IMG/VR virus record: IMGVR_UViG_3300045988_156141
Coordinates: 11,499 to 43,498 of that record
Reading direction: 5' to 3' (one strand)
Length of the DNA: 32,000 nucleotides
From: a virus
In this document: piece by piece, positions 10,364-16,483 of the stretch
Layout: every line of letters starts with the position of its first letter
Position numbering within the stretch: the stretch's first letter is position 1
Made by a program: the position numbers and the translations under genes
Notes under the pieces: generated by a model
The model's input: the letters and a program-made list of their open reading frames with translations, nothing else
The model's database searches: none
What the model was told of the DNA's origin: nothing

Positions 10364-10586
10364 AGATGCAAACAAGAAACTTCAAAATGTAGAAGAAAAA
10401 GTAGATAACATTTATGGTTTTTGCTCAAAATTAATTGAAAGAAACTATAAAACAAGTAGAACGATTATTACGGTTTTAATCCTAGTGATTATTGTTCTTT
10501 ATTCTACTATTGTTTGTCGTGGTTATTGGAAAGATGATCATGTGAATAATTGTTCTTGCGAAGCTAATTCAAACCAACGAATTTAA
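10353..10586 (+). CDS. coiled-coil protein with C-terminal TM (XhlA-like architecture)
   Basis: 77 aa with an N-terminal coil then TM IITVLILVIIVLYSTIV. The architecture matches XhlA-type lysis accessory proteins. The family assignment is tentative. Confidence 0.5.
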   Translation: MDIKDANKKLQNVEEKVDNIYGFCSKLIERNYKTSRTIITVLILVIIVLYSTIVCRGYWKDDHVNNCSCEANSNQRI

Positions 10587-10594
10587 TTAAGGCG

Positions 10595-10828
10595 GTGGTT
10601 TATATTAACAAAGCTAACAGATTAAAAGAGATACGTCCTAATGATGCATTAATACTTATCAAATCTGTTGGATTAAGAAAGAAATATGAACAGATTTTGA
10701 TTATGAGATATGTATATGATATGTCATGTACCGAAATTGCAGATGCATTACATATGGAAGTACAAACCATAAGGAACAGAGTATGCAAAGCAAGAAAAAT
10801 GTTCGATAAATATGTGAGCAATCTATAA
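10595..10828 (+). CDS. sigma-70 region-4-only HTH protein
   Basis: 77 aa with a GTG start after AAGGCGG. The stretch LRKKYEQILIMRYVYDMSCTEIADALHMEVQTIRNRVCKARKMF matches the sigma70_r4_2/ECF pattern (L..R.R.V..LRY..G.S..EIA..L..S..TV..R...AR..L). Confidence 0.6.
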   Translation: MVYINKANRLKEIRPNDALILIKSVGLRKKYEQILIMRYVYDMSCTEIADALHMEVQTIRNRVCKARKMFDKYVSNL

Positions 10829-10848
10829 TGGTTGCTCATTTTATTTTG
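10815..10848 (+). terminator. intrinsic terminator
   Basis: Stem TGAGCAA (10815-10821) / TTGCTCA (10832-10838) is followed by TTTTATTTT. Confidence 0.6.
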
Positions 10849-10858
10849 GGTATTTTAT

Positions 10859-10903
10859 GAGTATTATTCGAGTATTAAATTATTTGTTGCGTAACCATAT
10901 AAT
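10859..10903 (+). promoter_or_regulatory. direct repeats GAGTATTA x2 (11-bp period) upstream of a TATAAT box
   Basis: GAGTATTA occurs at 10859-10866 and 10870-10877, and TATAAT at 10898-10903. No good TTGACA-like -35 is present. The second repeat sits at about the -35 position. Confidence 0.4.
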
Positions 10904-10929
10904 TAAAGCGTAATAAAGAGGTGGTTGAA

Positions 10930-11370
10930 ATGTATAACAATTATAATCCAGCACAAGCACGAATAGACAGTTTGATGCAACAAAGACAAATGATAGATCA
11001 ACAAATTCAGCAAGTACAACAGTATGCAAATATTCCACCTATCAATATTAATAATCAGATTACACCACAACAACAAGGCAATTTTGATTTTAATGGAAAA
11101 TGGGTGAACGACGAGCAGGAAGCTAGAAACTTTGCGAATGCAAATTTACCAACGATTTTATTTGATAACAATAAATCTATTTTTTATATGAAATCTTTAG
11201 ATGGAACATTTAAAAAGTTCAAATTTGAAGAAATCACAGAAGATAATTCTAACAGTATTGAAAATCGTGTAAATGGAATCGAAAAGAAATTAGATGATTT
11301 GATATGTGCATTAAGCAAACCACCAAAACAAGCTAATGAACAGCCAAAGAAAGGAGCACAAACAAAATGA
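10930..11370 (+). CDS. Gln-rich protein, unknown function
   Basis: ATG at 10930 follows AGAGGTGG. The N-terminal 50 aa are Q/N-rich (QQRQMIDQQIQQVQQ...PQQQ), followed by a folded-looking domain and a K/Q-rich tail. Confidence 0.7.
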   Translation: MYNNYNPAQARIDSLMQQRQMIDQQIQQVQQYANIPPININNQITPQQQGNFDFNGKWVNDEQEARNFANANLPTILFDNNKSIFYMKSLDGTFKKFKFEEITEDNSNSIENRVNGIEKKLDDLICALSKPPKQANEQPKKGAQTK

Positions 11371-11609
11371 ATCCTTTAAAAAGTATTATGGGTAATATGA
11401 ATCCAATGAATATGATGAATATGGGAAATCCCCAACAAATGTTAATGAATATGTTGTCACAGAAAAATCCACAAGCATTTCAACAATTTCAAATGCTTAT
11501 GAACAGTGGCCAAAATCCACAAATGATTTTAAATCAGATGATGGGTAATTTAAATCCACAACAAAAGCAACAACTGCAACAAATGGCAAAACAGTTTGGA
11601 ATCAGGTAA
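11367..11609 (+). CDS. Met/Asn/Gln-rich low-complexity protein with NPQ repeats
   Basis: 80 aa with an ATGA overlap to the upstream gene. It has four NPQ motifs (GNPQQML, KNPQAFQ, QNPQMIL, LNPQQKQ) and almost no charged or aromatic core residues. Confidence 0.6.
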   Translation: MNPLKSIMGNMNPMNMMNMGNPQQMLMNMLSQKNPQAFQQFQMLMNSGQNPQMILNQMMGNLNPQQKQQLQQMAKQFGIR

Positions 11610-11650
11610 CAACGGCTAAACCGTTATTATAGAAAGAAAGGAGAACATAT

Positions 11651-12274
11651 ATGATGGAAAACGGAATGGGAATTCAACCAACTTACAACTTAGCTGAAAG
11701 AGATGACGGCTTTGGAAACGGTGGAGGTTGGTGGATTTGGATCTTGCTAATCTTCGTATTATTTGGATATGGAGGATATGGCAACGGAAACCTAACAAAT
11801 GATTCTTTATTAAATGAAGAATTCATTAAACGAGACATTTTTAACACAAACACAAATGTATCTCAAACAGGTTGTCAAACTCAACGTGATGTATTAGAAA
11901 GTCGCTATACTAATCAGTTAGGACTTCAAAACTTGCAAGCTCAGCAACAAGAATGCTGCTGCAACACTCAACGAGCAATTGACAATGTAAATGCTCAAAG
12001 TTTCAAAAATACTTGTGACATTACAACAGCAATTCATTCAGAAGGTGAAGCAACACGTGCGTTGATTAATGCAAACACTATGCAAGAATTACGTGATCGT
12101 TTAGCTGATCGTGACCGTGATTTATTGACGGCTAATTTCCAATTAAGTCAACAGGCACAATCTGCAAATATCATTAATACTTTGCAACCAACACCAAAAC
12201 CAGCTTACATTACATGTTCACCATATTACGCTTATAACAACGGATGTGGATGTAATGGCTACAACAACTTATAA
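11651..12274 (+). CDS. Cys-rich membrane/coiled-coil protein with Gly-flanked TM segment
   Basis: AAGGAG RBS. The TM segment is GNGGGWWIWILLIFVLFGYGGYGNG. It also has a CCC triplet (QQQECCCNTQR), a coiled-coil and a C-terminal CSPYYAYNNGCGCNGYNNL. Confidence 0.7.
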   Translation: MMENGMGIQPTYNLAERDDGFGNGGGWWIWILLIFVLFGYGGYGNGNLTNDSLLNEEFIKRDIFNTNTNVSQTGCQTQRDVLESRYTNQLGLQNLQAQQQECCCNTQRAIDNVNAQSFKNTCDITTAIHSEGEATRALINANTMQELRDRLADRDRDLLTANFQLSQQAQSANIINTLQPTPKPAYITCSPYYAYNNGCGCNGYNNL

Positions 12275-12315
12275 TCTAGCACATATGTGATTAGGCAATT
12301 GCCTTTGGATTTAAC

Positions 12316-12344
12316 GGGATAGTCGAAAGGCTATCCCTATTTTA
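12316..12344 (+). terminator. intrinsic terminator
   Basis: Stem GGGATAG (12316-12322) / CTATCCC (12331-12337) is followed by TATTTTA. Confidence 0.6.
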
Positions 12345-12361
12345 ATAGGAGGATAAAAGAA

Positions 12362-12781
12362 ATGATTAATAGTATTGCTACGGCTGTTCAGACAGTCGAT
12401 AATTCAAATAATGTATTGTTTCCTACAGATCGTGTAAGAAGTAAATCCTGCCAGTGTCCATGTAAAGGTTGGCTTGCTCATGATCTAGGAAGTGGATTGT
12501 TTACACTAACAAAGTCAGGTATCTATGAAGTAACTTATACTGCGGATATTACGAGTGCAGCGGCAGGACAAGCTTCTTTAGTGCTTGAACTAAACGGAGA
12601 AGCAATTGGTGGAACACAATCTATTTATACTGTTGCAACTGCAAGTGCGTATGGAAATGTAAGTGGAGATACTCTAATTCAAGTTCCATGTGGTGCATCT
12701 TATACAATTGCATTAGCAAATAACAGTGGTTTAGACTTAACAGTCCAAAACGCAAATATTATCATTAAAAAGATTGCGTAG
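12362..12781 (+). CDS. stand-alone BclA C-terminal-domain-like (C1q/TNF-like jelly-roll) protein
   Basis: 139 aa with AGGAGG RBS. It is co-linear by eye with the Bacillus BclA C-terminal domain. FTLTKSGIYEVTYTADIT aligns with FVISETGFYKIDVIAYTAT, LVLELNGEAIGGT with LTIQVNGVPVPGT, and the C-terminal NANIIIKKIA with SASIIIEKVA. Confidence 0.65.
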   Translation: MINSIATAVQTVDNSNNVLFPTDRVRSKSCQCPCKGWLAHDLGSGLFTLTKSGIYEVTYTADITSAAAGQASLVLELNGEAIGGTQSIYTVATASAYGNVSGDTLIQVPCGASYTIALANNSGLDLTVQNANIIIKKIA

Positions 12782-12790
12782 GTGAAAAAT

Positions 12791-13264
12791 ATGCATAAAG
12801 CAATGGAAGTTAATGAAAAGATAATGCATGAGTCAGTAAACATGTTAGAGAAATATGGATATGCAGAATCTTATTTCCATGCATTATCTCAAGCTTTAGA
12901 TAATATCAAAGACATTGAAACGATAGAAGCAATGAGAAATAAATATCAAATTGAGATAGGAAAAGATGGAGTTTCCACTGTTGCAAGATTAAAAGAAGAT
13001 AATGATGGATATAATATTCATGATCCAGAAACAGAAGATATTGTTTATAAGCTTGCAGAACATTTGAAAAAATATAAAGCGTTCAAAGAAGAATATTCGC
13101 GTACAAAAGGCGATATGGATTTGGAAAAGTCTCATCGTGAATTAGATAAGACTATGAAATGTATGCAACAAATCGTAACTATGATTCATGGATGCGTTGA
13201 TTCAGATGAAGAAAAAACAATGATTAAGACACATATACGAGACATGTTTAATATGTATCAATAA
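12791..13264 (+). CDS. helical hypothetical protein
   Basis: ATG at 12791 follows AGGTG (GTG at 12782 is also possible). It is charged and helical with no recognised family. Confidence 0.6.
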   Translation: MHKAMEVNEKIMHESVNMLEKYGYAESYFHALSQALDNIKDIETIEAMRNKYQIEIGKDGVSTVARLKEDNDGYNIHDPETEDIVYKLAEHLKKYKAFKEEYSRTKGDMDLEKSHRELDKTMKCMQQIVTMIHGCVDSDEEKTMIKTHIRDMFNMYQ

Positions 13265-13290
13265 GGCCGTTAAATACGGTCTTTTATTTT
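13264..13290 (+). terminator. intrinsic terminator
   Basis: Stem AGGCCGT / ACGGTCT (one G-U pair) has loop TAAAT and is followed by TTTTATTTT. Confidence 0.6.
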
Positions 13291-13303
13291 GTACAGTGTA
13301 CAA
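13289..13303. promoter_or_regulatory. perfect 7-1-7 palindrome TTGTACA-G-TGTACAA upstream of holin
   Basis: Seen directly in the sequence, about 40 nt upstream of the holin RBS. Confidence 0.35.
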
Positions 13304-13343
13304 ACGATTTAAATACTATCATTAGGATAGGAGGTATTTGTAA

Positions 13344-13565
13344 ATGAAAAAATATAGTAAAGAATGGTGGATTCAATATGGCTATTATGCAAGTATCAGA
13401 GCATTAAAGACAATTGCTCAAACTGCTGTTGGTGTTATTGGAGCATCTGCATTATTGGAATCCGTTGATTGGCGAGTTGTAATTTCGTCAGCGTTTTTGT
13501 CAGGCATCGTCTCGTTGCTGACTAGTATTGGCGGATTGCCTGAAATTAGTGTACCGGAGGAATAA
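13344..13565 (+). CDS. holin (phiLC3-like, two TM segments)
   Basis: 73 aa. The pattern IRALKTIAQTAVGVIGA...W..VISSAFLSGIVSLLTSIGG is typical of Firmicute phage holins. It lies immediately upstream of the endolysin. Confidence 0.75.
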   Translation: MKKYSKEWWIQYGYYASIRALKTIAQTAVGVIGASALLESVDWRVVISSAFLSGIVSLLTSIGGLPEISVPEE

Positions 13566-13567
13566 TA

Positions 13568-13681
13568 ATGAATGATGAAGAAAAAGTAGTAGATTATGAG
13601 AATCTATCAGAAGAAGCAAAAGAAGAATTAAGCAATGGCAAGGAAGAAGGTGTAGATGAAGAATGTCGTATTCCGGATTAG
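13568..13681 (+). CDS. 37-aa highly acidic micro-protein between holin and endolysin
   Basis: ATG lies 6 nt after GGAGGA. The product is MNDEEKVVDYENLSEEAKEELSNGKEEGVDEECRIPD. It overlaps the endolysin start by 19 nt. Confidence 0.5.
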   Translation: MNDEEKVVDYENLSEEAKEELSNGKEEGVDEECRIPD

Positions 13682-14739
13682 CAACATATTGTAACAGAAC
13701 ATCACAACATTATGATGGTCGTTTTGGATATAAGGTTTGTAAAATCACTCCACACTACATGGCTGCGGCATGGAGTGGTAAACAATGTGCAGATTATTTT
13801 GCACGAAATACTCGTCAAGCATCTTCCAATTATTGTATTGGAATTAATGGAGACATTGCATGCAGTGTTGATGAAGAAAATGCTGCATGGACAAGTTCAA
13901 ATTGGTTGAATGATTCTCAATCAATTACAATTGAATGTGGAAACATTAATAACGCAACTGGAGAAATGACGCAAGCCACTTGGGATAGCTTGGTGAATCT
14001 ATGTGTTGATATTTGTAAACGATATGGATTTAGATTGAACTATACAGGAAATTCTAGCGGATCATTGACTATGCACAAAATGTTTGCGGCTACATCATGC
14101 CCTGGAGCATGGTTGGAAGCACGTATGCCACAATTGGCTAATGAAGTAAATGCAAAATTAGATGGAAAGGTTGAAACACCAAAACCTACAACTCCAAGTG
14201 GAGAAAAATATTCAGTTAATTTACCTATCTGTACAAACACATTGAGTGTGAATTGCTACGGAACTTCTACAGTTAAAAAAGGTGATTGGTCAGGTGTCAT
14301 TGGTAGAGTAATTAAAGGAACAAAATATCCATATCGTGTTGATCGTAATGGAGTAGCGATTGGGTGGACTAATGATGCCGGTATTGATACAGACCCTCAT
14401 GTGCCAGTTGGTGCCACACAGTCTAGCGCAGAAGCTATCGACCAAATTTTGCATGAAGGAAGCTATGTTACATCTGTACATATGAAAATTGGTAACCAAG
14501 GCTTGAAGAAAATTGGCGATGATTTATGCTGCTACTTGTCTAAATTAGGCGGTTGGTTTCCTGTTCGTATGGTAGATAAAGTACCAAATTCAGATGGATA
14601 TAATGACAATGTACTGCATACCACAAATGCAGTAGTCTACGTATCTAGAATCAGAGTCGATGCAGTGAATGTTCAAAAGAATATTGTCAAGATTGGTGGT
14701 GTTTGGGTTGATCCAACACCGTTAACAGAAATTGAATAA
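13663..14739 (+). CDS. endolysin, N-acetylmuramoyl-L-alanine amidase (Amidase_2/PGRP fold) with C-terminal cell-wall-binding region
   Basis: Co-linear with PlyG/PlyL-type amidases. ITPHY, ASSNYCIG..GDI, ENAAW, SQSITIECGN and LTMHKMFAATSCPGAWL supply the His/His/Cys zinc-ligand positions. The C-terminal ~190 aa are beta-rich. Confidence 0.85.
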   Translation: MSYSGLATYCNRTSQHYDGRFGYKVCKITPHYMAAAWSGKQCADYFARNTRQASSNYCIGINGDIACSVDEENAAWTSSNWLNDSQSITIECGNINNATGEMTQATWDSLVNLCVDICKRYGFRLNYTGNSSGSLTMHKMFAATSCPGAWLEARMPQLANEVNAKLDGKVETPKPTTPSGEKYSVNLPICTNTLSVNCYGTSTVKKGDWSGVIGRVIKGTKYPYRVDRNGVAIGWTNDAGIDTDPHVPVGATQSSAEAIDQILHEGSYVTSVHMKIGNQGLKKIGDDLCCYLSKLGGWFPVRMVDKVPNSDGYNDNVLHTTNAVVYVSRIRVDAVNVQKNIVKIGGVWVDPTPLTEIE

Positions 14740-14762
14740 AATAAAAAAATATAAAAAATTGT

Positions 14763-14791
14763 TTGACATAATATAGTTTATACTGTATTAT
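14763..14791 (+). promoter_or_regulatory. sigma-A-type promoter TTGACA-17-TATTAT
   Basis: TTGACA at 14763-14768, a 17-nt spacer, and TATTAT at 14786-14791. Confidence 0.5.
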
Positions 14792-14797
14792 CTTTCT

Positions 14798-14960
14798 TGC
14801 GTGAAGCAGTGAGGTACATTTTGGGGTACAAAACAACAAAGTGCTATCAAAACACGTAGATAATGATGTAAATAACATCAAATATCAATAGATATGAGGT
14901 ATTAATATAATCCCCTCATCTGCTCCATTGAAATTTAAGCCTTTATTTAAAGGCTTTTTT
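14798..14960 (+). ncRNA. candidate ~160-nt small RNA (promoter-to-terminator unit without ORF)
   Basis: It lies between the 14763 promoter and the 14937 terminator and holds only 2-3 codon ORFs. There is an internal hairpin ATGAGG/CCTCAT (14894-14919) and one TTGGGGTA copy (14821-14828). Confidence 0.3.
14937..14960 (+). terminator. intrinsic terminator
   Basis: Stem AAGCCTTT / AAAGGCTT has loop ATTT and is followed by TTTT. Confidence 0.7.
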
Positions 14961-14967
14961 ATTTGTG

Positions 14968-14987
14968 TTGGGGTATATTGGGGTATA
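14968..14987 (+). repeat. perfect tandem direct repeat TTGGGGTATA x2
   Basis: Copies at 14968-14977 and 14978-14987. A third TTGGGGTA is at 14821 and an inverted copy TATACCCC at 15010-15017. Confidence 0.8.
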
Positions 14988-15023
14988 ATTTGATATTAAA
15001 ATATTGAATTATACCCCTTTTTT
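14980..15023 (+). terminator. 11-bp inverted repeat GGGGTATAATT/AATTATACCCC + T6 (terminator-like; left arm contains TATAAT)
   Basis: Arms at 14980-14990 and 15007-15017 with a 16-nt AT spacer, then TTTTTT. It lies 32 nt upstream of the integrase ATG. Confidence 0.5.
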
Positions 15024-15054
15024 GCATATTATGGACATATAAGAGGGCACAAAA

Positions 15055-16152
15055 ATGGCAGTGGAATTAGATAAGAAAACAGGAAAATATATGTTTGCTG
15101 GAAAAATATATAAAGATGGCAAATGTATAAAGAGATATCGTAAGCGTGGTTTTGATTCTAAATGGGAAGCACAAAAAGCTGAGGTTGAATTCAGAAAAGA
15201 TTTCTTTATGCTTCCATCAGATATGAATTTTGACAGACTATATAAAGCTTTTAAAGAATATAATAAAAAGTACGTAAAAGAATCAACACTAAAATCAGAT
15301 GAATATTTGTATAATGTTCTATCTAAGGAAATGAAAGATGTTGATTTTCTAGATAAAAGACAAATGCAAAACTTGATCAACAAATTTGATGAGAAATATT
15401 CAAAGGCATATGTATCAAGAATCTATTTCTTTTTAAATAAGCTATATAAATTTGGTGTTACTTCTGAATACATTCCTACCAATCCAATGACATATGTAAA
15501 ACGTGATCTTAGATTGAATGAAAGAAAAGAAGAAATGACAATATGGCAGCAATACGATTTTGATTTGTTTATTGAAGAAGTGGATGAACAAATGATGAAA
15601 TGCTTTTATTCTGTTTTATTCTATATGGGATTACGAAAAGGTGAAGCTATGGCCTTACAATGGAAGGATATTGATTTTAGAAAACAAACTATAGATATCA
15701 ACAAAACATATAAATACAAAGAGAAAGACCCAAATAAGTGGCTTACACCGCCAAAAACAAACAATAGCTATAGAACTATCACAATGCCTAATACATTGTC
15801 TAAAATGCTTCGAGAATGGTTTCTAGAATGTTCTAAATGGGATGATTTTACAAAAGATAAATTTGTGTTTGGATACTATAAACCAATATCACCTCAGACA
15901 GTACAAAGAAGATTTGATGATGCGTATAATAAGGCGAAAGAAAAAGATGATACATTGCCTAAAATAAGAATCCATGATTTTAGACATTCGCATGCATCGT
16001 TTCTAATTAATAACATGGCAGGAGCTGGATTCTCAGATTTTGACATAGCCAAACGCTTAGGAGATACAGTTGAAACATTGCACAATACATATGCACACTG
16101 GTTTGATACAAAAGATAAGAGTATTGTAGATATGATGAATAAATTGTTGTGA
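15055..16152 (+). CDS. int: tyrosine integrase
   Basis: 365 aa. It has an N-terminal arm-binding-type domain and catalytic motifs GLRKGEAMAL (Arg), RIHDFRHSHASFLI (H-x-x-R) and LGDTVETLHNTYAH (Tyr). Confidence 0.9.
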   Translation: MAVELDKKTGKYMFAGKIYKDGKCIKRYRKRGFDSKWEAQKAEVEFRKDFFMLPSDMNFDRLYKAFKEYNKKYVKESTLKSDEYLYNVLSKEMKDVDFLDKRQMQNLINKFDEKYSKAYVSRIYFFLNKLYKFGVTSEYIPTNPMTYVKRDLRLNERKEEMTIWQQYDFDLFIEEVDEQMMKCFYSVLFYMGLRKGEAMALQWKDIDFRKQTIDINKTYKYKEKDPNKWLTPPKTNNSYRTITMPNTLSKMLREWFLECSKWDDFTKDKFVFGYYKPISPQTVQRRFDDAYNKAKEKDDTLPKIRIHDFRHSHASFLINNMAGAGFSDFDIAKRLGDTVETLHNTYAHWFDTKDKSIVDMMNKLL

Positions 16153-16233
16153 AAGTGTTAGTTTCAACTAACAAAGTATTGTATTTTCTTTCCACTTAAA
16201 GTAATATTTAGATAGAATAGGAGGAGTTAATCT

Positions 16234-16449
16234 ATGAAAAAGAATGTGTTTTCGTTTGCTACTTCTAGTTTTGGATATGGAATAAGTAAAGTTATGGATA
16301 TAAATGGTAGTAATATAAAAAAAATAAAGATAGGAACGTTTGTGGATGATGCTGCAAGCCTTTCAAATGATTGGATTACTATTGGAAATGATATTAGAAA
16401 GGCTATGTCGGATTATGAAAGAAACCCAGCTCAATTCAAAGTCAAGTAA
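16234..16449 (+). CDS. hypothetical protein
   Basis: 71 aa with a strong GGAGGAG RBS 7 nt upstream. Confidence 0.55.
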   Translation: MKKNVFSFATSSFGYGISKVMDINGSNIKKIKIGTFVDDAASLSNDWITIGNDIRKAMSDYERNPAQFKVK

Positions 16450-16483
16450 TGAGTTAAATAACATCGAAAATGAGTTTGACAAA

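Noticed and set aside
10019-10839. Minus-strand ORFs 10019-10207, 10036-10266 and 10600-10839.
   Set aside because: They are antisense to + strand genes with good RBSs and recognisable TM or HTH features. They are probably AT-rich shadow frames.
13712-14499. Alternative-frame and antisense ORFs inside the endolysin gene (13712-13909 +, 14040-14240 -, 14290-14499 -).
   Set aside because: The endolysin frame carries the Amidase_2 motifs, and these ORFs have no independent signals.
14687-15383. Minus-strand ORFs 14687-14881 and 15009-15383 across the endolysin/int intergenic region and the int 5' end.
   Set aside because: They overlap terminators, promoters and the integrase N-terminus. They have no RBS and an implausible composition.
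16157-16172. Hairpin GTTAGTT/AACTAAC after the integrase stop, considered as a terminator.
   Set aside because: The loop is only 2-4 nt and no T-run follows, so it is too weak to call.
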